The position numbers and the translations under genes were made by a program. DNA of 64,000 bases. Origin: Eledone cirrhosa (lineage: Eukaryota). Shown piece after piece: positions 11,829-24,876 of this stretch; positions within the stretch are counted from its first letter, which is position 1; each line of letters begins with the position of its first letter. Under the pieces are notes generated by a model, which was not told where the DNA came from, did no database searches, and worked only from the letters and a program-made list of their open reading frames with translations. Where the stretch lies: the NCBI GenBank assembly GCA_964016885.1, contig OZ024740.1, forward strand, positions 242,482,001 to 242,546,000, read 5' to 3'.

Positions 11829-12175
11829 GGAGGCACATGGCTTAGTGGTTAGAGCATTGGCCTTGCAATCGAAAGGTTGTGAGTTCAATTCTCGGACCGG
11901 GTGATGTGTTGTTTCCTTGAGCAAGACACTTTATTTCACATTGCTCCAGTTTCCTCAGCTGTAGAAATGAGATGATAGGGACTGGGGTCCCTATCATTCC
12001 ACTGCAAAGTGGTCGTGGAGGTGCCATGGCAAAAAAGCACCCAGCCCTCACTGTAAATGAGGTTGGTGTTAGGAAGGGCATCCAGCTGTAGAAATCAAGC
12101 CAGAATCTGTTCCCGTCCCACCCTTGCAAGCAGGGAAAAGCGGACATAAAATGAAATGATGATGATGATGATGAT
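11829..12175 (+). mobile_element. SINE family B, full length
   Basis: tRNA head with boxes A/B, body and (ATG)n tail; in (TA)n; inverted relative to 9831-10179. Confidence 0.92.
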
Positions 12176-12369
12176 ATATATACATACATATAAAAAAAGA
12201 AAATTTTTCGAATATTAATAATAACATTCGATTCGTTTGCAATTATGCAAACTAGCCTCAATTTTATAGCCATGTCAGTAGAATGAACCCTTCATTCTTG
12301 CTCTTGTGTTGGCATGTGAACAGAACTGCATACATACATTTATACATATATATATATATATGATCATTT

Positions 12370-13039
12370 CAAACAACGGCACAAGAAAAAGAATACTGAG
12401 CGGTAGATTAAAAACTCCTGTTCATGAAGTCAAATACAAGTACCAAAGATAGGAATTGTAATAAGGAGCACAAATCATAACATACACATACTGACATATA
12501 GTACAACAGTTTACAAGGGCCTAGCCAAAAAAGCTTTGAATGCACAGTAAAAAAACGGAAACAAATACATAAAACCAAACAACTAAGTAATTTGGTTAGG
12601 TGTTGGTAATCCTGTTCAATAATCCAGGCTAATCCTGGTCATTGATCACAGTGTTCAGAGATCAGAATGCAAGAGCTTACAAGAGTTTAGTGTACAGTCT
12701 TCGGAACTCTGAGATACTAATTTCACTTCCTATGGAGTTAATTAGTTTATAAAGTTAACCTTGTGGCCTGTAAGTTAAACGTGTGCCCACATTCCCTCTT
12801 CTTCACTCACCTTTGACAACTGTGTGTATGTATATATATCTATGTTAGAAAGATGAAGATATATTTGCTAGCCCTCTTCCCCCTGCACTTCTTGTGTTCT
12901 TTTTTACGGAATTCTGCTTAATTGTGTGTCACTGTCTATCTACCAGCATGGCAAGAAATCCTACACCATCCAGTTTTGTTTTTTCCTATACCAGCCCCAT
13001 GTCGAGGAAACTCCAGAATAACAAGTTACTGGATCAGCC

Positions 13040-13040
<1 letters not shown>
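12370..13040 (+). mobile_element. Possible decayed Penelope-like 3' fragment
   Basis: FGTL..PYGVN-like GIY-YIG C-terminal remnant near 12700-12745. The end GGAAACTCCAGAATAACAAG matches the 3' half of the hammerhead at 50431-50450. Confidence 0.4.
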
Positions 13041-13072
<32 letters not shown>

Positions 13073-13194
13073 GTATATATATATATATATATAGTATAGG
13101 AGTAAAAACATACATGAGAAATGAAAGCACATAATGCCACTGTGCAAAGTTGTAATGTAATATAAATGAATGAAATGTATATTACATGGTGCTC

Positions 13195-13262
13195 ATGTTA
13201 CAGACTGTTTCATGCAAAAATATTTTACATTCATACAAAAAAAATCTGCATTCATCAGATAT
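13195..13262 (-). ncRNA. Type I hammerhead ribozyme-like motif
   Basis: Minus: ATAT CTGATGA ATGCA..TGCAT GAAA CAG T CTGTA ACAT; stem II 5 bp, stem I 3 of 4 pairs. Confidence 0.55.
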
Positions 13263-13976
13263 TCTACCACTTGGTTCCAACTTAGTATGCTCTCCTAGTA
13301 GAGTACTTTGAAGGTATTTCTGACTACCTTTCTAAGACAATTATTATTTCTCTGTGATATATAAATGGAGTGACCACTCTGTTCTTTTATCTGTTACTGG
13401 TCAATTTATATACTATCCACTTGTAATCACATCTACTATATATTGTGCTCATGACAAATTAATATGAGAAACAGGAAAAAAAAAGCATTGATCTTAAATA
13501 AAATGATAATCTTTACAATGCTTTTCAATATAGTAAAGTGAGTTAAATGTAAGTTTGTGTGAAATCTAAACAAAAATTTAAGGGGGCGGAATGAAATATG
13601 TTATGTCAAAATACCCACCTAATTGTCTGTGAAAATATAGGCCACTTGAGTAATTTGCACTAAAATGTTAAACTTCTTCTCAAACCAATCAAGGTGTCAC
13701 ACCTACTATTACAGTTAAAAAGTAGAATAATACAAGACATACAATGTTGACAATGACATAATATAAATTGAACTCAAATGCTACACCATTGTCATTTCTC
13801 TCTCTGCATACCTTTTCGTGTACTAAAAAGAATCTGTTCAACTACATTGAAAATACTTTTCCAAAATGTCTACAGACACAATGCATCTATCCTAGTATTC
13901 TTGCACTACACCATTAACTCTTAACAGCCTGTAATGGTTTAATATAAAATATCTAAAAATGGGTTTGTTGATTCAG

Positions 13977-14340
13977 ATCATCATCAACGTTTAACGTCCG
14001 TGTTCCACGCTTGCATGGGTTTGGACGGGGGTAGTCCCACTTGAGGCAAGAGTGATTGTCTTGCTCACATAGGACTGTCTGGCAGGTTTTCTACAGTTGG
14101 ATGCCCTTCCTAACACCAACCACATTTACAGTGTGGGTCTGGGAGGTTTTTACCGTGTTGCCTACACGGCCACATTACAGCGTGGACTGTGTGTTTTTTT
14201 GTTGTGACACCTACACGATCTCATTTGTTTCGGCCTGGATGGTGTGGCACCAACACAACTTTACATAGAACGGGGTGGCGTGGATGGGGTGGGCGTGGTG
14301 GGACGGGGGGGGGGGGGGTATTTTGTTAGAGATGCCTACT
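13977..14340 (-). mobile_element. RTE 3' UTR fragment, same family as 51701-55297
   Basis: Close reverse-complement match to ~54920-55275. Confidence 0.85.
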
Positions 14341-15355
14341 GGCTGGATGATTGTATTATCTTTATTAGAGCACAGGAAAATGTTATGTAATAAGATAAAG
14401 ACTTTAATTTTTAATGTTGTATAATCATAATGCTGTTTTGTACTTATTTTTCAAGAATAACTTCTTAATGCAGTTTCATGAAGTACAGGATGTTAAGAAT
14501 TAAACAGACTTGGGATTATACTAATGGATCTCTCTTAACAAAAACTACAGTAAAAATATATCAAGTTTTTAACAATATAAGTATGACATAATATTATTTC
14601 AAATTTAGGCACAAGGCCAACATGCAGTTTTTAATTTTGGCATAAGATCAGTAACTTTGGTGGGGTAGGGGAAAGTTGTTTATATCAACTTACTGGTACT
14701 TTATTTTATTGGTCTCAGAAGGATGAAAAGCAAAGCTAATCTCTGTGGAATTTGAACTCAGAACATAAAGAACCAAAACAAATACTGCAAAGTATTAGTT
14801 CAATGCATTAATAATTCTTCCAATCCACAGCCTTCAATGTGACACAATGTAAAAACTTTTATGTAAGCTTGTTCTTTAGGCTTGTTTCCTTCTATACTAC
14901 ATATCTGTAGTATAGAAGTAAACATTAAAAATAGACAAACACTTGCAAACTGAACATGTTAGACAATGTCTAGTTGTTGATTTTTTTAACTTATGCCACT
15001 AGTACTCAGTGTACAGATTCAGATATTTTTAAATGGGGAGGGGAATCAACTTTAGCAGATATCAAATTTAGAACACCCAATCTCTAAACGAATTATCAAT
15101 TTGTTCAGAAGAAGCACGTATTAATGTTGTAGATTATGTGTAATAGAGTCAGAAAACAAAACAAAGCTATTCACTACAGCTGGCATAGAGTATAGAAATA
15201 ATGAGCTCTTGTAAGTTCAAAGAGAATGAAGTTCCCCTTATATACATGACATTAAAGGATAATTAGCTCATTGTGCTTTAAATGTAGTTACATGAACAAT
15301 AAAAACTATTATGAATAATTCTAGAGAAGCAAACTGCATGCACTACTTATTTTAA

Positions 15356-15556
15356 CCCTTAAGCATTTACATTACTATATATATATATATTCTATTTTCG
15401 GGTTATTCTCCCACAATATCAAATCTATGAAATTTTAATATTATTTATTTTGAGAAGAATACTTTAACATTGGTATGAGTGGCCAGTTATGGCCAGTTTG
15501 AACAGAAAGAAGTGAGAGAATTCTGGCCAGATATTGCTGGTTTAAATGCTAATGGG
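15356..15556. mobile_element. piggyBac-like MITE
   Basis: TTAA|CCCTTAAGCATTTA ... TAAATGCTAATGGG|TTAA. Confidence 0.88.
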
Positions 15557-16494
15557 TTAAGGAAGAAATGTGCCCATATCTGAAGCTTCAAGGAATCACT
15601 ACATAAATTTCAAATCTTAATGTTTCCAAAGACATCTTTTAGAATATCTTATATTCCTAGTAATAGAATTTTGAACTAATTGATGACATTTATTATATGA
15701 ACCAAGATGGATTTTTTTTCTCAGATTGGAAAGTTCCATACACTTTAGTTTCACCTGATTAGCAAGGAAGATCTACACAGCTGCTTGAACAACTAGAAAT
15801 AGCAACCAAATTTCCCTGAAATTACATACAACTTAATCACTGCTTTCCTGCAGATAATTGCATTGGATAGAATAATATTAGATAGATCTTGCCTGAAAAA
15901 ACATTTTGAAACTACAGGCTGGGCATGAGTCTACATAAACAAGTCTGGTCTAGGGTTAAACAACCACAACCATCACTTCTAACTCTAATCTGTTGTTGCA
16001 GGGTTTGTTCACCACAAATACAATAGACATTTTCTTTTCTAAATTTACCAGCTCTTTTTTTCACCTGCTCTATGTATCCAACTTTTCCTAGCCATCTGTA
16101 CATGGTCTAACAAAGCCAAGACATCATACCAAACATAATACACATATTTCATTCAGGACCGCTTAAACTGTGGAATTCCCTTTTAAGCACCCCCACTCCT
16201 CATGAAATCACACTAAGTATTACTAACTCTTCAAATTCTGTATGAACCACATTAAAAATGACTCATCCTCTCTATGCCAATCCATACGCTCTAGGAAACA
16301 CCCTGCAAATATTATGACTAAAAGGAAATGTAGTGATACACAAATGTCAAAATGTTTTGATAAAAGAGAGGTACCACAAAAGCAATTCAATATCACCTAA
16401 TGATATCTTTCAAATAACTCAAATGAATCTGCCAGTTGCATTACTGTGCATTTCTACAGTTATTACTGAAGCAATAGGAATAGAATTCTGATAC

Positions 16495-16634
16495 CTGCTT
16501 AAAACAGCTCAAATATGTATCATGAAGACTCCTGTCAATGAATAGATGCCGGTTATTAATATTATGGGCTATGGGCTTGGGAGTCGATAAAACACCTTTT
16601 ACAGTGAATGACATCCTTCCCAGGCTCAAAAGTA
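16495..16634 (-). CDS. Candidate host exon, unknown product
   Basis: Pyrimidine tract + AG acceptor, CAG|GTATCA donor, 140-nt open frame (LLSLGRMSFTVKGVLSTPK...SCFKQ). No recognisable homology. Confidence 0.25.
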
Positions 16635-18118
16635 CTTAAAAAGGACCAAAATACATATAAAATTAACAATTATTTTACTTGGAAATATTGATACAAGACC
16701 AAAAATTTATAATGCTGTCAGTCAAACATAAAAATGAATTAATACAACCTTAGATTATGCTAGGCACTTGTTTTAATGATCCCATGTGGAAAACAAACAA
16801 AATACTGAACTGTTGCTTTAAAACATATTTGTAGAATCATGAATAGTTTCAGGAGAAATTAATTTCCTTAGCTTCATAATCAAAGAGTATACTATGGCTG
16901 CTAAAATCTTCTTTATATAAAATATATAAGCCACTTTAATAGAGTGAGTTGCCTATAAAATTTCTAACATTTCAGTAAATGAGTATTAATATTTCAACCA
17001 TTTATAAAGAAATTTTTATTTTTGGTAAAAATAGCATGTTTGTTTTGTTTCATGCTAACCTGAAGTTATTAAAAGAGTAATGATGTTTTTCCTACAGGAA
17101 AAGATATAAATAAATGTATCATTTATTTACTATAAAGATAAACATTGATTTCAAAAGAAAACATTAAATCATATTTTTTAAAATACTGAGAATAATTCTA
17201 TATTCTGAAATGCTCATTAAAACTATCAGAAGTTTCAAACCTTCAATGTTTTTCAAAATGTTGAAAGGTTAGTTTAGTCTATCATAAAATCCAAACCTGT
17301 CTGTGTGTCTATCTGTCCATAATAGAAGCAAAGATAGGGATAGGGTAAATTGGGGGTAAAGAAGAAATTCTTTGATTTTCCAGTTTGATTGTCTACTAAA
17401 TCATGTGCCGAAGTGGAAATGTTTCTCATACAGGTATACAAAGTTAAAACCTAATCTTCTAATTAAATGGTATTTAATCTTTTATTTGTTTTATTTTATT
17501 TTATCACAATCATTTGGCTCAAGAATATTAAGCTATCTCCTGCCTAGAAAAAATATAACTATCAAATATAACTATCAGATGATAACTACATTAGAAATGG
17601 AAAAAAATTAAAAATGCTTTTTCTTTTACATGATTTTCAGAAGTTCTAGTTCTAAATGAAAGAAATGATTTCTAAATAAAAAGAATTTTGAAACATAATG
17701 AAATAAGCAAAAAGAAAACTGGGATACGAGAGTAAAAAGTAGAAATGAAAGACTGGAAGAATGGAAGAAAATACGATTGCAGATCTGTGACTGCAGTTAT
17801 AGCAGTACAAGTATAAATGCAGAAAGCCTGGAAAATTCTTTGAGTGACAATCAAGCATCATATGACAAAAATGACATCAGAAGAAATCGGCAACAAAATC
17901 AGAAATCTTATTTTGGTTAGTTGATGCTTATGTTTAGTTAGTAAAAGTAAAGAAAAAAAATGGTTAGTAAATAGATGTTGATTTTAAATTGCAACTGTCC
18001 CTCACTAACATTTATATTCCTTGAAACACATGATAGCATGTGATGGTGATGACGATGATAGAATGGATATCCAACAAACACGATTTTGATAATATATGAA
18101 CAGAATAATAAACTTGAC

Positions 18119-18277
18119 CTTGCTTGTCTTGAAAAAGCAAGACAATTCTTTTTATGAGATGCTTGGGTAAATACAACAAATTAAGGCGTGAGCAATGAGG
18201 TTCAAATTTTCCAAACGTTATTTTTACATCTTTCATCAAGTGTATTTCAGAAAATGTATACACTGTTGTACATCCTT
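18119..18277 (-). CDS. Candidate host exon, unknown product
   Basis: TTAACATTTTAATCTAG acceptor, open frame, weak AAG|GTCAAG donor. Phase is compatible with the candidate exon at 16495-16634. Confidence 0.2.
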
Positions 18278-18546
18278 CTAGATTAAAATGTTAATAGATA
18301 AGCTTAAGATTTGTTAAGAAGTTAGTTCAAAGAGATTAATGAAATCTACTTAGCACACGAAGAAATATATTGATATATTTGTACAAAGAACTACGAAATT
18401 CAAACAGAGGAGTGAGAATGAAGTGAAAGACAGATACAAGCAAAGCCCGGTGGAAATAAAACGATAACGAAGTTGTTTTGACCTAAGTCAGTCCTTACTG
18501 AGCAAGAGCTATGATTTACGAACCCGCGACTATATCGTCTTTCACT

Positions 18547-18737
18547 CAGCGGTGGATTGGCAGTATCGGTAGAGGGTCGGACGCCATGCTTTGACGCATA
18601 GAGTTACGGCCCTTGCCATTCTAAGTTCAAATCCCGCCGAGGTTGACTTTGCCTTTCATCCTTACGGGGTCGATAAAATAAAGTACCAGTAATACACTGG
18701 GTAATTGCTGGCCTTGTGCCAAAAGTAGAAACAATTA
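18547..18737 (+). mobile_element. SINE family A, full length
   Basis: Complete consensus from GCGGTGGATTGGCAGTATCGG to GTAGAAACAATTA. Confidence 0.92.
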
Positions 18738-18779
18738 TGTATATGGGACTACATTAACCAATGTGTTCTTTTTTTCAAG

Positions 18780-19260
18780 ACAAGTCGCGCAATGACGTAA
18801 ATACCCTCTTATCGTCTCTTTAACATGAGGCACATAATGGTATAGGCTTTTAAAAAAATATACGAATCGTGAAAGACAGGTAGCGGCCGGCATCGGAAAA
18901 TTTATATTTATTGGTGTAAAAGTAAAATTAGAGATTATAATATTTATTTATGTTTAAAATCCTAGAAAGTTGATTATAATATCATAGATATATTTTTGTA
19001 GAAAGGAAGAAAATTATAGCCGGTAAATTGGGTTTTCCCCTGTTGATTAGTAAATACGAGTTTTAATTATAGCCCGCGACAGATATATACACTAGCTATT
19101 TCAGTCGACCGGTCGTATTGTTAGTAATAGTTGTGACGTATTACGGTCCGCGTACATTTATCTTCTCCCTCCCTCATCTTCACGGCCGGTGACTAGCTTG
19201 TCGTGTACGATATGACTTGTCTCGTGGCAACCGCTTTATTGGACGATGAGATAATGACCA
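18780..19260. promoter_or_regulatory. CpG-dense unique region, possible promoter
   Basis: Many CpGs compared with 1-18.3 kb; CRE-like TGACGTA twice; ATTGG box near 19240. Function is inferred. Confidence 0.35.
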
Positions 19261-20078
19261 TCAGGAGAAAAGTCGATAATGGACAGATCTCTTTTCCTTT
19301 CTCACTCTGAATGTATGTACAGGCAGATCTTGCAATTAAACGAAAAAATATTCAGGACTGTTAAGTAGAATAACATTATTTAATTAAAGTTGAATCTGTG
19401 TATTGTTACTCAGAGTTTCTTGTTCGTTCCTAAGTTTCTTTCAAATCGTACTCTATGTAGTACAATATACATTGTGTGTAAAAGAGGAGATAGTCACAAT
19501 TAGAATGCGTAACGACCAGGAACGAGAAACTCCGAACAGTGGTTCACGCAAACTCAGCTTTGAATAAATAATACAAATAATAATATTTACTACATATATA
19601 CATACAGATAAGTGTAACTTTATCTGTATGTATATATGTAGTAAATAGTCCGTAATTTCTGTGATATATGAGGTCCCGTATTTGTGTTGTTTAATTCATA
19701 AAAGCAGTCATAGCACCGACTACCTGTTAAGCCGTTTCGATTCCTGTGCCTCTATCTAATATACAGAGAGGGGGAAGGGAGAGAGTACAAAAGACCCGAT
19801 TGCTCGAACTGCTAAAAAGAGCAGCCAAACCATTTCAAAATAGGAAGAATATTGGTTAACGCCGCCACCATCACCCCCCTCTCTCTTTCTCTTATACACA
19901 CACACATTTATTATTATTACTATATATATATATATATATATTAGAAAGTGAGGTTTTTTTTACAAAATGAAAAATAACCGAGGTGCCCTACACGAGTGGA
20001 AGTATAAAGAAAAAGAGATGAAATCGAAAATGCAACTGAAGTCTTATTTTTTTTTTAAATATATATATTTATTTGGTT

Positions 20079-20116
20079 CCTTTACCGGTTTCGCAGTTCT
20101 TCTGCTTTTCAAAAGG
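20079..20116 (-). ncRNA. Minimal type I hammerhead motif, U3-A8 core variant
   Basis: Minus: CCTT TTGAAAA GCAG aagaa CTGC GAAAC CG GTA AAGG; stems I and II pair perfectly, stem III is the palindrome ACCGGT. Confidence 0.7.
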
Positions 20117-20865
20117 TGAGTTGAGATGGAGGGTCTGTGGTTTTTCTGAGAAAATATGCGTATCCTCTATTTGACTAGGTACAATTATGCATTAATTAGC
20201 CACTATTGGCAGATGAGATATGTGAAGTTATATGCATGCATCTGTTTTCGTGACAGAAATGAAACAGAAAATGTTATTCTTTCTAAGAAATATTCAAGTC
20301 ATACATACACACGAACTAACGAAGAGCCTATACCTAGTTGATCGATCTACTAGAAATAACAACCAAACATCCCTCAAATCATCCCCTATTGTCTTTATAA
20401 AACGAAAGACATATTAGATAATGTAGTTCAAGCTATACATAAAACAAACTGGGTGGTCACAGCTGGAATACCTTCGATTACAGGTCTGCATTGATCAAGG
20501 CTGACGATCTAGGATTTAAATAGCCACAAAATATGATAAATGCGTTGTATGTAATCGCATTCATTCAACTTTTTTTTTAATCTCAGTTGGAGAAGGGGTA
20601 CTATCTAAAGCAGACGATAGATTTTCATAATTTTAAGCATAAATTGCTTTCAGTTGAATTACTAATTAATTGAACGTTCAGATTATTTCGAAATCTTATA
20701 TAATTTTTGTAAGCAAACACTAATGTTTCCCTCTTTCCCTAGACGATGTTTCTTAATGTTTGGTTACAACATGCCCATCCCTTTACACAGCAGGCAGAAA
20801 ACCCGGCAGCTAGTGCAAGAATCTTCAACAATCGTTTGGTAGTGAGAGATGAATGTGTGTGTCTA

Positions 20866-20879
20866 ATATATATATATAA

Positions 20880-20955
<76 letters not shown>

Positions 20956-20968
20956 GTATATATATATA
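20866..20968. repeat. (TA)n microsatellite
   Basis: Direct reading. Others at ~21355-21425, 22084-22123, 55354-55384 and 58633-58728 (TA then GA). Confidence 0.95.
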
Positions 20969-21339
20969 AGCGCCTGTGGCTAATTCCATAACATGGAACA
21001 CGCCGATCTTCATACACACACACAGAGACAGATTTGGCTGCACAAACGGAAGAAATAGAATTCAATACCCAAAGTAGGGTGATTACATATAAATATATAT
21101 TATATATATATCCCGCCGAGGTTAACTTTGCCTTTCATCCTTACGGGGTCGATAAAATAAAGTACCAGTAATGTACTGAGTGATTGCTGGCCTTGTGCCA
21201 AAAGTAGAAACAATTATATATATATAAGGCTACATCAGTAACTCAAGGGCCAAGAATTTCGTGTTAAAAGCAATCAAGAATTAAGTGTTTAATATGTGTG
21301 TATATACATATATATATATGCGCTCTCGCTCTCTGTCTG

Positions 21340-21425
<86 letters not shown>

Positions 21426-21504
21426 GTTAAATCTTAGACAGGAACAAAAACAGAGAGGCAGTACAAATATGAGTTTATTAGGTTCAGAGGGGGGGGCGCA
21501 CTCA

Positions 21505-21915
21505 ACGAATGCTTATTTTCTTCTTAATCCAGTTATTCCTTGGAGGGGGGGGGGGCAGAGTCCTCAAATAGTCCCTCCAGTGGGTCCTGTCAGAAGCAAC
21601 CGTCTCCAACAGGCCCCCCAAGTGAAACCAGCCAAGCTCATGGATGTTATCCACCCATCTTTACTCTGGGTCTCCTGTCGGTTGATTTTGCCCGTAAAAT
21701 CTGTCCAGTGGTTCTTTTCTGAGACATTCTAACTAGCGGCTCTACCTGGAGTGACTCTTTGATTTCCGAGCTACGCACTTTATCGAGTAACGTTACTCTT
21801 CGGAGGAACCCCATTTCAGTTGCTTGTATTCGCGATCGTATTCTTTCGGTCATTACCCAAGATTCATGACCATAAGTAAGGGTTGGCACGAATACTAAAT
21901 TGAAGACAGTGAGTT
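21505..21915 (-). mobile_element. RTE-clade LINE 3' fragment (different family)
   Basis: PTLTYGHESWVMTERIRSRIQATEMGFLRRV. Confidence 0.8.
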
Positions 21916-22079
21916 TGCTTTTTACACCTACCTCCTAGACGAGTGGTTACTTCGATATGAATCAATTTGAAAATGCGTATCTATCTATCCCAACCGAAAG
22001 AATTCGCATAAAAGATGGAAATATTTCCTATTAGATACATCATCAATAAATGGTTAATAGTTTATCTTCATGAAATTCT

Positions 22080-22140
<61 letters not shown>

Positions 22141-22388
22141 TATTGGCTATACATATGACATAGTAATATTACTTTGCAATTAACACATTCATTTATTATG
22201 CAGCTAAACGCACACTGGCACGAGGATGAGTAAACGTACTAAAGTGAGTTGGAATATTAGATAATACATATAATACACACACATATAGATAGATAAATAG
22301 ATAGACGTATGCACACACACACACACACAAATATATATATAAACTCAGAGAGAGTATAGTCATCGTTGTGTGACTATACTCATATATT

Positions 22389-22423
<35 letters not shown>

Positions 22424-24876
22424 GCCGACCGATATGCGTGCGAAGATTTAACTTTGCATATGCATATTCGCATATATTATGTGAGTATGCATTTGCAGAG
22501 TTAATTTTAGGGCTCCATGTCGATATATATATCTATATATATATATATATATACACCACACATTTGTGTGCGTCCGTGAGAATGTAATTCTAACATACGC
22601 ACACACACTCACACATATATACGTGTGTGTGTGTGTGTGTATATATCGACGTAGAGCCAGATTCTTTTCTTTTTTTATCATAAGACACTGCTAAAATTCA
22701 AGAAGCTGAACATCATTAACATCTGTTCTACTACTACTTGATGCTTGGAAGTCCATTTCACCATTCTCTCTCTCTCTCTCATCCTCCTGCAACCCGTTAC
22801 AGACAAGAAACAGCAGCAGTGTCATATCTGCTCCATGTCAATCTCTAAAATATGCAATTCCCGTCAGCCACCAACAGAACTAAACAAAGCAAGAAGAAAG
22901 AACAGGCTCAAATAACAATTTAGTCGATTAAATATTGATTTGCAAATATATATATTTTAAGTAGCTTAAGCCACCTATGGTCTTATTAATTTTAATTATT
23001 CTAATTTTCTTTAGTTATTGCATTCAATAACATTCATTCTGTTTAATGTTTCGATGATCATAATAATATAAATGGTAATTATATATTTATCATTGTTGTT
23101 TTTATTGTAATTTCATAACCATACAATATACAATCAAATTTAATTATTAAATTTAAATAACTTTCGCTTCTGATAACACATGGCTACTAACACAAGAAAT
23201 AGATTGAAAGAAAATAATCATTATAAGAATTCAATAATGAAATTTGAATCGATACAAAACCATTTGTTTAATTTATATTAATCAACATCGACGAACTGAA
23301 ATTGGATCACGAGACATTGAAAAGATAAGGATGTTTCATAGACAAATTAAGATGCATTGTATGGAAGCAAAAAGAAAACAAAAAGAAAGCAGCTAGGTGG
23401 TTATAAAATGAGGAATCTATTTTAAAAGCAGTAGACTTCACAAAATGACCCCCCACTTCGTAGCTTTTTATCGCTGAGTGCTACTGTCAAGACTGCTAGG
23501 AGAAGCGTACATCAAAACGTAACAATGACTTTCTGTATTCTCACCAGAACATTCACAAAGAATCTCAGTAATTTCTCATAGGAAAATAGATTTCTTTTCC
23601 TTTACTTACCGGTAACAAATTTCGGAAATCCAGACAGAGTACTGATCACCACAGTGATAATTTAATTCGACTTTCCCGCTGAGAAACTAGGTCACTGGCT
23701 CCACACATGCGCACAACGGATTACTCAGTAGCACAATTCTATCTTCGCTGATATATCAGTCGCTCTTGTCATAGGCTGGTAGAGGTTTCATTCACAGATG
23801 ACACGACTAACTTTACGTAGTAGTAAATAACTCATTTCGCTGTCAGATGTGCTTATAGTAAAAACAACAAACAAAAAGAACGCATCACGCCTTTCCCAAA
23901 CACAAATAGTTGAAGTCACGTAATCTTCGGTTAAATTTTAGTTAATTTCCTGCACATACATATGTAATATATTCATAGGACAATTTCTGTAATCGATTAT
24001 ATAACTACGAATGAAGTTAATTTTTAAACTAAAACCACTTAAACATCGTGTCTTTGTATTTCACTTCCCTATTTGTATAGTGTTGCTGTTATGTAGATTT
24101 ATAAAAGAGAAAAAATATTAATTTTTAAAGCCGACCTCTTCGGTTACGTCATTTCCTACGATATAAATATTTCCCCGACACGAATTTCGAAATACTTCAA
24201 ATTTTAGCACTTAGAAGATACTTGAAATCAAATATGGGAAATTTCACGCACGCACACACACACATATGGGGTGGAGCATCAGAATAAACCTGCCTTTTAT
24301 AGAGAATATGTCTGGTACGGTCTTAGTTATTTATTCGGAATATGTTTAAAATACCTTATTAGGACTTTACTATTTTGTTTGGAACTATGAATTTTCGAGG
24401 TCCGCTAGGTTCGCATTTATGTTCTGTTATAGAAATCTAATGCCGGTAATAGTGTTGAATGTATTTAATTTTTGGATCCCAGCAATGTCACATATATCAG
24501 GATTATTGGATATATGAACAATCACACAAACTGGGGAATTTGGATTTTGATAAATTTATGGTTTGCATTAGAGAAACCTTGCAGTTTATGATGATTACTC
24601 ACACGTGGAAGTTATTAAAGATAAAAATAATATTTTAATAAATTATTCCTACGATATAATTGGATAGATGTTCAATATGTATGTAGTATACAAATAATAT
24701 ACAGAATTAAATGTACGGCTAACTTTGAGGAAATAACTATTTACAGGGATAAATATATTGTTAGGACCTAGGAACTTGTGATTGAAAAGCGAATTATTGT
24801 AGCAACATGAATAATATAAGAAAAAACATTATGCGTATGTTTGCGTCTGTCAATTTTAAAGACGGATATATATATA

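Noticed and set aside
11829-11901. tRNA gene
   Set aside because: Boxes A/B are present, but the acceptor stem does not pair and the sequence continues into a repeated SINE body. It is a SINE head.
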